Shown: piece after piece, positions 49,338-60,030 of the stretch
How positions within the stretch are numbered: the first letter of the stretch is position 1
How the letters are laid out: every line of letters begins with the position of its first letter
NCBI RefSeq assembly: GCF_000143415.4
Contig: NW_003314279.1
Location: 788,662 to 852,661, forward strand
Direction: 5' to 3'
Length of the DNA: 64,000 nt
Source of the DNA: Selaginella moellendorffii
Lineage: Eukaryota; Plantae; Lycopodiophyta
Translations under genes and position numbers: made by a program
Notes under the pieces: generated by a model
Database searches by the model: none
What the model was told of the DNA's origin: nothing
What the model saw: only the letters and a program-made list of their open reading frames with translations

Positions 49338-52300
49338 TGTCGCGAATGTGACTTCGGGTATCGAAAGTTACCTGTCGGCTAGTCCTTTCGGATATTCTTT
49401 CCTTACTCCCACGATGGCAGAAGGTCGGTATTGCTGGACCCGTTATCAGTTCCCACTTGAGCTAGTTGAGAAACTGGTCAATGACCATGCACTTAAATTG
49501 GATAAACATAAGGTAGGAACCCTATGTGTTTCTTGCTGAGCATACTCGGCCTGGTTTGAGAAACTTGAGTCATTGGCTTGCACTTGCTAGTATCAAGAAC
49601 CCCCGCGATATTGAGATTGGTCCCTCAACATCGCTAGATGATAACTTACCGTGTCTGCCAAACACCCTCGCTATCATGCCCTTTGTGTTAGTCTCATTTC
49701 GGTCCCAAATACTATTTATGGAAAGTGTCCAGATTTGCTCATTTGGCATATCTACGGAATGTAGAGATCGGCTTGAACACAATGGTGTTCGTCCCGTGTC
49801 CAAATTCGCAATCTAAGGACATTCCATATTTAGTAAGTTTCGAGCTTGTCCCAGAGACTAACTCCTGATACTAAGGGAGGCTTGGGGTGAAAGCCCAAAG
49901 CGTGTGTTCCTCAAGGGGGAGGGGGGGTTATGGGGGGTTCCAAATGTATAGTAGGGATAGTGGGTAGGTCGGGCATGGCCGACCAACCTGAGGCATAGTC
50001 TAGCTCCCGCTTGCGTGCCTGTCCTTGTTCTGCGTCCGGCTTGGGTCTAAGCCCAAGTTCCATTCCATGCTAGCTGGTGGAGTACCCATACTCTCACGTT
50101 AGGCCACCGGTATGCCGAAATAGCGCCAGACTCCGTTTGGCTCCGTTTTGCGTGCTGGTCCTGGCATTGGGATGCTGGTTGCTCTAGGACTGTTCCAAGT
50201 CGCTCCGGGCCCCTGTCCCTTCGCTCCTTGGGCTATATGCTCGGGAGTTGCTCCGTGGTCCGGTTCCATCACTCCTTGGCGTCATGCTTGGGAGTTTGGC
50301 ACCGTTCCTTCGTTCAGTGGCCCAAGGCCCTGAACCTCGGGTTCCTGTGGACACGTGGCATGGACACGTGGCATGTGACACGTGGCATTTGTCACGTGGC
50401 ACAAAGAGGGTTTAGGTTCCGCTTCGTGGTGTTATCCTATGGTAAATTACCATAGGATAAAGGGTCAAAACCACGTGCGCTACATTTGGTATCAGAGGAT
50501 GAGTCTCAGCGAGTACTATTCAATGAGATTGGGCAACTAGTCTCGTTGCATACGCAGAGATAAAAACGATGATCCGAGTGGGTACACGTTTTGGTGCAAA
50601 GACTTCGCATTGGTTCCTTGGGATAGGTTTTGGTTACCTTTTCGTTCCATATTATGTGAGCTTGCTCTTGGGCTCATAGGGTGGACTGAGTTGTTCCGTT
50701 ACACGAGTTTGCGCTTGGGCTCGTGAGTGAGGCGCATTAGCAACTCGAGGTTACACTTTGAGTTGGCAGAATTAATGTTAGCCTATCGTTGGTTCCATGA
50801 GTTGTTCCATGTACCATGGGTGAAAGCAAACCTCCCTGGGTTTGCTATGAGTGGCAAATAGGCTGGTCCGTAGCTGTTTAGCACAACACTAGTGGATCCT
50901 TCCTAGGTATGATTATAAGTGGATCAATCAAGACTATAGGGATTAGTCTATTGGTTCAAGTAATCATGACCGTGCTCTCTCATAAATTTTTCTTGGATTG
51001 AACTGAAGGCAGTGCGAAAGCAAGCTTGAGGTTTAGTCAAGATGAGGCCGGAAAGAGAGTCGTCAGGGACGAAGGATCAAATACGTAAATCATTTTCTCT
51101 TCTTGGAAAGATGATTTGCAACGAGGTGTTAACTCATTGCTTGTGTTCACATTATGCAATCAAGAGTCCCTACCTTGATGCATGTTGGAAGTGATAGTCT
51201 TACAAGTGGTGAGTTGTGGGATGGATAGTGGTGAAACGTTAAACCATTTTGTCTAAAGCTTGCTATTGGAAGACTTGGGTTGCAATGCTCAATTCTTTTC
51301 TGGGGAACCTTACTATTGCTTCTTGAGTAGCTTGGTGTTGGATTAGTTTTGAGTTTGGTCGGAAAGAGAGTGGCATGAGCTTGTCCATGTTGTGAACAAA
51401 AGTTAGTGGTGTTGGGTGTCGTAAACCTCTATTGGTGGAGTGTGGCATTTATGTTGCATTTTGTCGAATCGAGTTGGCATTTGATATTCACATGAACGTT
51501 TGAAATAATGACATAAGCCTTGCTCATTGCGTTACTCAATTGATGATCAAGTCATTGTGATTTATATCATATCCATGTGATAATGAGCAATGTGTTTACG
51601 AAGTTGCTTGGGTAAATGATGATCAACCCCAAAGTGGTTGATGGAGAAGCTAGTCTACTTGCACGAAGTAGCATTATAGTAGCTTTGACTGGATTCTCAC
51701 TGGTGGTCCATTATGCTAAGCTTATGTTGGTACCTTGTTTCCTTGAGGGTTTGCCCATAAGGTGTTGGGAATGGGTTGTAGCATTCATTTGCTATAGCTC
51801 ATCTGTTGATCCGTTAGCACTTGGAGTAGATTATTGGATGGAGAAGGTGTGAGGTTGATGCATTGACATCGCTAGCACTTGTGTTAGTGGAAGTGGCATT
51901 GTTGATTCAAGTGATGAGGAATTTTCCTTAGAGCTTGATTTTCCATGTCATTTTTCTTGTTAGTGTTTTGGCTTCACATTGGATCTTGAAGGTGGTTGAA
52001 GAAGAGTGTTAGTGCAATGTGGATATCCGAAGATGTGGTCTTTGTGATCAAGCCTTGGATGCTCATTTTGCACTTTGCGGATGTCGGTGTTGGATATCGG
52101 TTAGATGGGCAAAGATGTTCGATACTTAAGCATATTTTTGGATCATGAGAATTTTTGTTAAGGTGAACCTATGTGGAGTTATTAGTAGGAGGAAGTTGGT
52201 TGAGTCTTGAAAGTTTGCAATTCTGGATTGAGAGTCATTCTTTCTCTAGGATGGAAAATTTTCCACAAATTTTCTTAGACTTTTCCAATGGCTGATCTAT

Positions 52301-55300
52301 TGATCACTTTGCTCGAAAACCATTCCATTTTCGAAAGCCAGTACAAACTAGTGAAGGGGTTGGAGTTGACTTCGGTTGGCTTACATCTTAGTAGGTAGTT
52401 TGTATGATGCGACCCGAAAGGGATGCTAACTTTTGGGGCTAAAGAAATTGAGTTAGATAGAGTCTGGAGTTGGTGTAGAAAAGTGGCTGTTGCGCTTTTC
52501 TAAGAAAGGTGACTCTTGTGCCTTTCTTTTGTAGCGTTGTGCTTGGTGACAGTTTGCACCTTGCATTACGTTAGACTCTATGAGAGTAGTGAGCTCTCAC
52601 TGATCTTGACTTGGTCTTGGTGGCCCTACACCTTGGCTGAGGATGGTGATGTCCAACTTAGTTGTTTGAGGTTGAGATGTTGGTACCCGTACTATAGCTT
52701 TGTCTATGAGGAGGTTGTGTACCGATATGAGTCCATCTCATGGTCTTCACTTTAGTTTCGACTAAGTGTTGATCACATAGCTAGCCTCTTCAAGGCATGC
52801 TCAGAGCTATTGACTAAATGCATTAGTGAGCTTATGACGGTTGAGTTGGATTCGAGTGGTCATTTGATTTGTACTTGTTTATGAACTTTTATCTCGTACC
52901 TGAAGTATTATGTTCATGTTGGACAAGTATGTAACTCGATGACATGAGTTAGTGTTTGGGTCTTGTGAAGGCAAGTTGAGGAGTGATTGTTAGTTGCTTT
53001 GCGACTAGTGATTACTTGTAGACTTCATCAAGGACTGTTGACACTTGCTTTGCTTGATGATGATTTAGCAGTGATGGGCTTGCTTTACCAGGTGGTGTTG
53101 CGGAGGATCGTGTCGTTAGACTTACATGAGTTTTTCATGTTGGCTTGTCGACTCTACCTCTGTTGATATCATTTGGTTACGTCTAGTCCGTAGTGTTGGA
53201 TTTCATTGAGTCTTGGACGTGGTGAATCACTCTTTGATGATGTGTATCTGAAACTGAGTATTGCTGAAGGATTAGTCTTGGATATACACTAAGGTATCTT
53301 TGACTGTGGTTAGCTTGGTTGCTAGGAAGTTTTGAGTGGTGATTCACTCTTGCTTTCTTCTAACTTTGTCCTGATGTTGATGGCATTAAAGTGATGCCTT
53401 GTCATTGATGTTGTTGACATTGAGGTTCGAGTGAAATGAGATATCCTTCCAAGGATTGATATTGAGTTTCATTAGTCCTGATGAAAATAGTGTTGATGAT
53501 TTGGCTTTAACTTTGTGTTGTTGGCATTCATGCATTTGCTAGTTAGCAACTATATTGACGTTCAAATGAACTGAGTGGCAAGTTTGAGTTAGCTGTGTTC
53601 TAGACGAGATTGTTTAGTAGGGGTTGAGCTTTGAGCTTTTCCTTGAAAAGTGATTTAGTCATGAACTATACTAGTTTTACGAGAGGAAGAGTTAGTGATT
53701 GATATTGAAGTGATTGAATCCTTGTTGGATTTCAGTTGGGATATGTCAATCGTTGATGATTCTTCTTGTGCTTGTTATGAAGTGAGTTACGTCTTGCTAT
53801 AGATGGATTCATGGAGGATCGTTTAGTGATCACTTGTTGAGCATCGCTTCGTTTTGCTTAGCTTTTGGATTGATGCAGATATGCTCTTCATTAGCTTTCG
53901 CATTATGAAGTTTAGCTTATGGATGTATTGAAGGGGATATTATGGTTCTACCATGATTTCTTCTTTAGCATTGAAGTTAGTTCGTGCGAGACTTGTGATC
54001 ATTGTTAGGCAAGACTTGGCTATAGGCTTCTTCGAACTTTTGGTCCTTTGAGTTTATTATGCTCATTGTTCCATTTGTTAGAAGTTGTTGGGGAAGGCAT
54101 TTTGGCTCATTAGCTTCGATATTGAAGTTGGCTTTGCATCTAGCAATCATTGGTGATGATTGACTATCATCTAGGGTAGTTGATTGTCCTTATCACAAGT
54201 TTTGCTTGATTATTGTTGGTTTGGAATTATTTGCTATTCTTCGGGATGGTAGATTCTTTCTTCAACGATGATTATACATCACTACATTGATGGGCTAATT
54301 GACGATCTTTCATGATAGTTGGTTGTTCTCTTTGATGGCTTTTGGCTTTTTGCAATACCACATGTTCTTTGTGGTTTGCTCTGGATTGGTCTCTTGGGTT
54401 TGAGACGTCAGTAGGATGTTGCTGACACTTGCTTAGGCAACTTGAGTTCCTTGGTATTGTTGGCTGGGATCTATTCAGATTGGCTTTTGTGATAGTTGGC
54501 AGGCATGAGTGTTTGTTGGTCTTACCACATTCATTCTCTTCTGTTGATTGTTGCTCGAGTTAGTTTTGATAGATTTGGATGTTATTTCCTTTGGGTGATA
54601 CATTCGCGAGCATTGTGCTTGTTAGTCAATGATACTTTGTGTTCTTTGAGTTCTCTCTAGTAAGTTGTTGGCTTACTATCTACTCTCTTCGATAGTTAAG
54701 TTTCATCATTGAGTTTCCTTGATGATATACTAGCTATTGACTTTTGTTGGATGGTCATTCCTATGTTTGCTAAATTATGATGATCTTGGTGGTTCCTATA
54801 CTATAATACTAGTTTATCGGATAATAACTTATTTGGAATACATTTGTGTTCTCATCTAAGCTTTATTCACTGATAATTACATCACTAAAATATCATTGTT
54901 TATGACTTTGATATAGTCCCTATATATTGATATTTGAGTTTGGGCCAGTATAGGCAGACTGGCTTCGGCACTTCGTGTGCATGTTGAAATCTCTAGTCAT
55001 GGGGTAGCTACTGTCGACTGGTCACATAACCCGCCTCTCTGTCGATGTTCCTTATTCCGTGAAAGGGCGTGACCGTGTAAACAACTCTAAACTACCTGTT
55101 GACAGTAGTCTATCTAAACCTTACCGACGGGTTTGGTTTCTTTGCTCAGGAGGGTTGGGGCCTCTGGCTTCTCTCTCTATGTCTCTGCGGGCAGGGCATA
55201 TCACACTTTTGTAGCTGGGTGACACCCAGAGCAGCAAGGGTGGCTGATTCCGTTGGTCATTTCCTTGTCGGCGACGGCCGGAAGGTGTCTGAGCTGGTAG

Positions 55301-56611
55301 CGCATCCGCGTTAGACAAAGAGGTTACCCCCTAACTCATTTAAGTTGGTGCATTTCTCACATAGTGTGAGTACCGTGAACTTTTTATGGAGTTGTTTCCT
55401 TGGCGGTATTCTAGACTGGAGTATGCATCGACGAGGACGTCGATCTTCCCAAGGGGGGGAGAGTGTCGCAAATGTGACTTCGGGTATCGAAAGTTACCTG
55501 TCGGCTAGTCCTTTCGGATATTCTTTCCTTACTCCCACGATGGCAGAAGGTCGGTATTGCTGGACCCGTTATCAGTTCCCACTTGAGCTAGTTGAGAAAC
55601 TGGTCAATGACCATGCACTTAAATTGGATAAACATAAGGTAGGAACCCTATGTGTTTCTTGCTGAGCATACTCGGCCTGGTTTGAGAAACTTGAGTCATT
55701 AGCTTGCACTTGCTAGTATCAAGAACCCCCGCGATATTGAGATTGGTCCCTCAACATCGCTAGATGATAACTTACCGTGTCTGCCAAACACCCTCGCTAT
55801 CATGCCCTTTGTGTTAGTCTCATTTCGGTCCCAAATACTATTTATGGAAAGTGTCCAGATTTGCTCATTTGGCATATCTACGGAATGTAGAGATCGGCTT
55901 GAACACAATGGTGTTCGTCCCGTGTCCAAATTCGCAATCTAAGGACATTCCATATTTAGTAAGTTTCGAGCTTGTCCCAGAGACTAACTCCTGATACTAA
56001 GGGAGGCTTGGGGTGAAAGCCCAAAGCGTGTGTTCCTCAAGGGGGGGGGGGGGGCTATGGGGGGTTCCAAATGTATAGTAGGGATAGTGGGTAGGTCGGG
56101 CATGGCCGACCAACCTGAGGCATAGTCTAGCTCCCGCTTGCGTGCTTGTCCTTGTTCTGCGTCCGGCTTGGGTCTAAGCCCAAGTTCCATTCCATGCTAG
56201 CTGGTGGAGTACCCATACTCTCATGTTAGGCCACCGGTATGCCGAAATAGCGCCAGACTCCGTTTGGCTTCGTTTTGCGTGCTGGTCCTGGCATTGGGAT
56301 GCTGGTTGCTCTAGGACTGTTCCAAGTCGCTCCGGGCCCCTGTCCCTTCGCTCCTTGGGCTATATGCTCGGGAGTTGCTCCGTGGTCCGGTTCCATCACT
56401 CCTTGGCGTCACGCTTGGGAGTTTGGCACCGTTCCTTCGTTCAGTGGCCCAAGGCCCTGAACCTCGGGTTCCTGTGGACACGTGGCATGGACACGTGGCA
56501 TGTGACACGTGGCATTTGTCACGTGGCACAAAGAGGGTTTAGGTTCCGCTTCGTGGTGTTATCCTATGGTAAATTACCATAGGATAAAGGGTCAAAACCA
56601 CGTGCGCTACA
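49338..56611 (+). mobile_element. Family B copy B4, complete and young. LTRs 49338-50484 and 55464-56611; ~5 kb internal region without a long ORF
   Basis: TG...CA termini, TSD CAAAG at 49333-49337 and 56612-56616. PBS TGGTATCAGAGG at 50487; PPT AAGGGGGGGAGAG at 55451-55463. About 8-9 LTR differences by eye. Confidence 0.96.
50350..50402 (+). promoter_or_regulatory. Four tandem G-box/ABRE-like motifs (CACGTGGC) in LTR B; also at ~56477-56529
   Basis: gacacgtggcatggacacgtggcatgtgacacgtggcatttgtcacgtggcac. Function is inferred, not shown. Confidence 0.6.
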
Positions 56612-56984
56612 CAAAGCAAGATATTGAAAACCATCATCTCAAAGCTTGTGAAGGATCACCTAAGATGTTGGCATTATAGGGCTTTCAGACATCCTTCAAG
56701 ATATCTTGCAACTCCATTCTCTCTCATCTATGGGATAAAGTTCGTGCTTCCAATAGGATCTAGGTGAGGACAAGCATCATATACATGACTTGGAGGTTCT
56801 TGTCTTGGAAGAATAACAAAGAGCCATGACTGAACATTTCCTTTAAGGCAAGCAAAAGATCAAGTCAGTTATTGATCACCAATAGTCAGCTAAATTGTTC
56901 AAGGAAGGTGATCTTGTCTTACTCAAAGAGTTCATGCCACCTTTGAAGTTCTCTCCTCGCTAGACCAACCCTTACTTTGTCTAG

Positions 56985-58850
56985 TGAATAATGATGAGCA
57001 CGACAAGCAAGACGATTCATATTAGAAGTAGTGGCTGTATATATATATAGCTTCAATCAAATCAGAAATCACCAGAGATCTGATCACGATTCAGATACAT
57101 GAATCAATGCGCATGTTGAAGTGAAATCCATTGTTCTTGCTTTGCTTTTCTTTCATGGTATCAGAGCTCAATTTCTGAATTCTTTCTTCTCCTTTCTTTG
57201 TGCCTCACATCATGAGCTGCAGCAAATTTGGATTGATCTTGCTTCAGGGATTCACTACCTTTGATAGGAGGAGAGGGTTCAACACCTATTTCGAGAAAAT
57301 GATGTCTGTGCTGCAGATGGAAGAACTTTGGGAAATTGTTTCACCACCAACAATTGCTGCAGATGCTCATATGCGGCGAGCCCTTGCTGCATTGGGAGCT
57401 TCACCTTCGGTGGAAGGAGAAGTCGTGGATGAAGAGGCAATTTGTGCCTCTGTTGCAACAGCTCGACAACAGCTTGATCCTAGGGAACAAGCTGCACTGG
57501 AGAAGAAGGAATCTCGAGAAAAAGGAAGCTTGCAGATGCCCTTATGATGCATTTGCATCATAAGAGTGCTTGTGAGATCTGGGCTCATCTTCACAACAAG
57601 TATGCTATTCTTTTCTTCTCCAAGATCAGCATGGTCAAGACTTGCATTCATGAGACCCATTTTCATCCAGGTGAGAACTTTGAAGAGTTCCTCGCCAAGA
57701 TGCAAGATCTGTAGATGGAGCTTGAAGGCAGTCCAGCGGCATTCAACGAAAGCAAGAAAGTTTTGGTGCTTTGCAAGGCCATGCAAGATTCTTCTTTTAG
57801 TTCTTTTGTCCCTACCGTTTGCATGATGTCGCTCAACTTTGAACAAGCTAAGCAAACTTTATGCTTGGAGCTGGCTGCAAGAGGTTTGATTGTGGACTTT
57901 GATTAGAGGCCTTCCCATGTTTTGATCTCACAGTCTACATCAAATGTTTCTACATCAAGCAATCAGTCAGGGACTGATTCAGCTCTGTAGCGCCTCCTTG
58001 AAGACCTTTAAAGGGTCTCTAGCAAACTGGTGTCCGACAATGTAGACATGTCGTCGACCACCAGGCCTCCAGGGCTGGAAATCATCGAGGCAGAGGAGGC
58101 TGCAGAAGAGGAGGATGAGGTAGAGGTCACAGGTTTAGGGGAAATCTACAGCAGCAGCAGAATTCAAGGAATTCTGGTAAAGAAGCAGTAGTTTGAGATT
58201 GTTTTGTGGGCAAGAACAAACAAGAATGCTGGACCTATGGGATGCCAGGACACTACTCCAAGGATTGGAGTTGTAGCTTGGCTGCAGCACATGAATATAG
58301 GGCTCGCAGCAAATGCTCAGGAAGGGGAAACATAGGAACTTGCAGCATCATTTGAGGTAGCAATTCCAAATGTTTTTGAAAAACTGACCATCAATTTAGG
58401 TTCAGAGAGACACCTGATGCAAAGCTTGTCGAACTTTGTGCAGTTGCATGCTACAAAAGGGAAGTGCATTCGTGTGGGAGATGGAAGCATTTTACCTGTT
58501 CGTGCAATTGGGGATGTGTGAGTTCCACTGGGAACAAAGTCTTTGCTCATGAAGAATGCATAGTATGTTCCAAAGATAGTGAAGAATCTGGTTTCTGTAG
58601 CTAGGCTTATGGATGAAGGTCTGGATGTGAATTTCTCCAAACATCAGTGTCAAGTTCTTGCAAATGGTCGTCCATTACTACATTTTCCCAGATGTGGTAA
58701 CCTGTTTGAGAAGGAGATAGCTTCTGGAGAAAAATCAAATGCTCTTGAGATATGCATGACTACAGATAGTTCTTTCTAGCATGCTCAACTTGCACATGCC
58801 CCCCTCTCATCAAGCGTATATAGAAGCAGGAGCTTGTGGATGGCTTCAAC
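56985..58850 (+). mobile_element. Family F Ty1/copia 5' part: 171 bp LTR 56985-57155, decayed gag-protease-preintegrase; interrupted by C2
   Basis: TG...CA with PBS TGGTATCAGAGC directly adjacent (57156-57167). GDGSILPV.AIG.V, YVP.I.KNLVSV..L, *HAQLAH (WHxRLGH-like). Confidence 0.85.
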
Positions 58851-59038
58851 TGTCAAGACCCCCAACAAGATCAAGACTGGAAAATCTTTTTCTCTTTGTC
58901 TTTAGCATTTTCCAGTCTTGATCTTGTTGGGGGTCTTGACAGTTTGATTCAGATTGTGTTTTTTGCTTTTCTTTTAGCTTGTTTTGATTATTTGATTGCC
59001 TTTGTCTTTTCCCCCCTTTCTTTTCTTTCTTCTTGCCA

Positions 59039-60010
59039 ATGGAGTCTCCAAGCCATCCTGATTTCTTTGCCGAAGTCCTTGCAAAAATCCAGTCTGAGAA
59101 TACCGAGCTGAAGGCGACCCTTCTTCGCATGCAGCAGGAGCTTGCTTCACTTTCGGCTCAAGGATCCAGCAAAGTTCCCGAACCGAAGGTGAGTTTCCCG
59201 GCGAAATTTTCAGGCAAGCGTTCAGAGCTTCGTGGATTTTTGAATCAAATGGAGCTGATCTTTGCACTTCAACATCGGCGGTACCCCACTCCCGAGTCTC
59301 AAATCGGCGCGATTGGGACGTTGCTCGAGGGTGCAGCTTTGTCATGGTTTTCTCCTCTTCTGGAGAAGAGCATGAAAGGGGTCGTGGTTCCGGAGCTGAT
59401 GGATCTTCAATTGTTCAAAGAGAAGCTCGAAGCATGTTTTGGCGAGACGGATCGGGTTCGGGCTGCTACCACAAAGATGAGACGTCTCTCTCAGGGGTCT
59501 TGTCCTGCCTCGATCTACGCTGCAGAGTTCCAACTCCTTGCCTTGGACACTCAGTGGGATGAGCGGGCCTTGATTGACCAATTTCGTTTCGGCCTCAACA
59601 ACGGTGTCAAGGATTTGTTGCTCACCATGGAGGATCCCAAGGACCTGTCGGACGCCATCAACAAAGCTGTTCGATGTGACAATCGTCTCTTTGAACGTCG
59701 TCAGGAAAGTCGCCGCGCCACTGTTTTTCTGTCCCAGACTCAGGAATCCCAGCTTGAGTCTTCGGGGCATAGTCCTGAACCTACTGCTCCGGTCCCGATG
59801 GATATTTCTGGTACTCCCCGACTCATTAGAGGGAAGTTGAGTCCTGCTGAGAGGCAACGTCGAATATCTCATAATCTTTGCCTCTACTGTGCTGATCCTA
59901 ATCACAAAGCAGCTGTGTGTCCCAGGAAGCCTCCCCGATTGCTCGAGTTCACTCTGCTTCAAAGTCCACCACTGTTGCAGTCGGGAAACGACCCTGTCCA
60001 AACAGAGTAG
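59039..60010 (+). CDS. gag: Gag (intact ORF) with CCHC zinc knuckle
   Basis: ORF 59033-60010, ATG at 59039; Tcn1/PEG10-like capsid motifs. Confidence 0.93.
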   Translation: MESPSHPDFFAEVLAKIQSENTELKATLLRMQQELASLSAQGSSKVPEPKVSFPAKFSGKRSELRGFLNQMELIFALQHRRYPTPESQIGAIGTLLEGAALSWFSPLLEKSMKGVVVPELMDLQLFKEKLEACFGETDRVRAATTKMRRLSQGSCPASIYAAEFQLLALDTQWDERALIDQFRFGLNNGVKDLLLTMEDPKDLSDAINKAVRCDNRLFERRQESRRATVFLSQTQESQLESSGHSPEPTAPVPMDISGTPRLIRGKLSPAERQRRISHNLCLYCADPNHKAAVCPRKPPRLLEFTLLQSPPLLQSGNDPVQTE

Positions 60011-60030
60011 GAGCTGTCTGTTTGGACTCC
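59983..60030 (+). promoter_or_regulatory. -1 ribosomal frameshift signal: G GGA AAC, 6 nt spacer, 11 bp stem
   Basis: Heptamer is in the gag frame; GTCCAAACAGA (59996-60006) pairs with TCTGTTTGGAC (60017-60027). Confidence 0.85.

Larger units (their letters stand above)
47534..56984 (+). pseudogene. pol: Family E copy E2: decayed RT-RNase H-integrase (47534-49337, resuming 56617-56984 after B4)
   Basis: VNFRDLNKA..KDHFPMPFID, FMDGFS, YMDD, QWGLDFVG, DYFTKWVEA, CNGQ; many stops and frameshifts. Confidence 0.88.
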
